Shown in pieces: positions 63,411 through 64,000 of a stretch of 64,000 nt of DNA. The notes below the pieces were generated by a model. It worked only from the letters and a program-made list of their open reading frames with translations, ran no database searches and was not told the DNA's origin. Numbering within the stretch: the first letter of the stretch is position 1; every line of letters begins with the position of its first letter. This DNA is from the human T2T-CHM13v2.0 reference genome, Homo sapiens: NCBI RefSeq assembly GCF_009914755.1, contig NC_060935.1. One strand, given 5' to 3'. The position numbers and the translations under genes are program-made.

Positions 63411-64000
63411 GTGAGTCCTGGCTGGGCACATGGCGGGCTGCGGCAGGAAGGGGCCCTTCACAGAGTTCCCACCCCGGACCAATGGGGGTTGACAGGGAGC
63501 AACAGAGCGCCCCCAGGTGGTGAGCTCTGGAGGGGCCGAGCAGCTGAATCCAGGACGAGTGCAGGCCCACCTGAAGAAGCTGGGTCAGGCTGTCAGGCTG
63601 GAGGGTGGGAGGTCCAGGCCTGTCCCCTCCATGGAGGCCCCCAAGGGCCAGACAGAGGCTAGGGTTGAAGGACAAATACTTGGGTCCCTCCATCCCCCAC
63701 AGCACTGATAAGAAGTCCTCATTCCCTGACTGACCCAAGGCTCCCCTTCAGGGTCCCTTTCGCCACTGTGTCGCCATAGTGCCCGCTCCTGGAGGCTGTA
63801 TCACAGAAGGCCCTGTGTTGCAAAACCTCTGAAGCTCTTTTATTTTGTAATTATAAATAAAAGTATGCTTTTTCCAATATTTTTATAGGGCCTGGTACCT
63901 GTATGTATGATACTGTATATACATGTAGACATGTATAGTATGTGCATATCATGTACTGTGTTCATAGTACCTTGATATAGAATGCACTATGTACATAGTA

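Noticed and set aside
63508-63521. Reverse CTCF-like motif (CCACCTGGGGGCGC)
   Set aside because: Mismatch at the nearly invariant core A; too weak to call without data.

Overview
Human (primate) genomic DNA. The whole window is an internal part of OTOG (otogelin), the secreted VWF/gel-mucin-family glycoprotein of inner-ear acellular membranes, on the + strand. I traced 29 consecutive coding exons (805-63410; numbered E1-E29 within this window). All have GT-AG boundaries, their phases match, and they splice into one uninterrupted 5715-nt (1905-codon) frame. Domain order: end of D2 (C8/TIL), D' TIL, VWD3-C8, an inserted AbfB/CBM42-like domain, TIL, a single 1769-nt mucin-like Pro/Thr/Ser exon, VWD4-C8-TIL, then Cys-rich VWC-like exons. 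Start and stop codons lie outside the window. The introns hold two large antisense L1 mosaics with nested Alus, a long L2, MLT LTRs, hAT MITEs and simple repeats. I found no RNA genes, CRISPR arrays or prokaryotic systems, and no wholly new biological system. The best leads concern splicing architecture: (1) the AbfB domain as a removable phase-1 exon cassette beside the predicted interchain cysteine; (2) a strong internal 5' splice site 6 nt into the first AbfB exon; (3) a 27-nt microexon bracketed by CTCF motifs; (4) a pyrimidine-less acceptor behind a GC hairpin; (5) a decoy-acceptor minisatellite; (6) an RBFOX-motif cluster. Repeat subfamily names and homologue comparisons are from memory, not from a database search.
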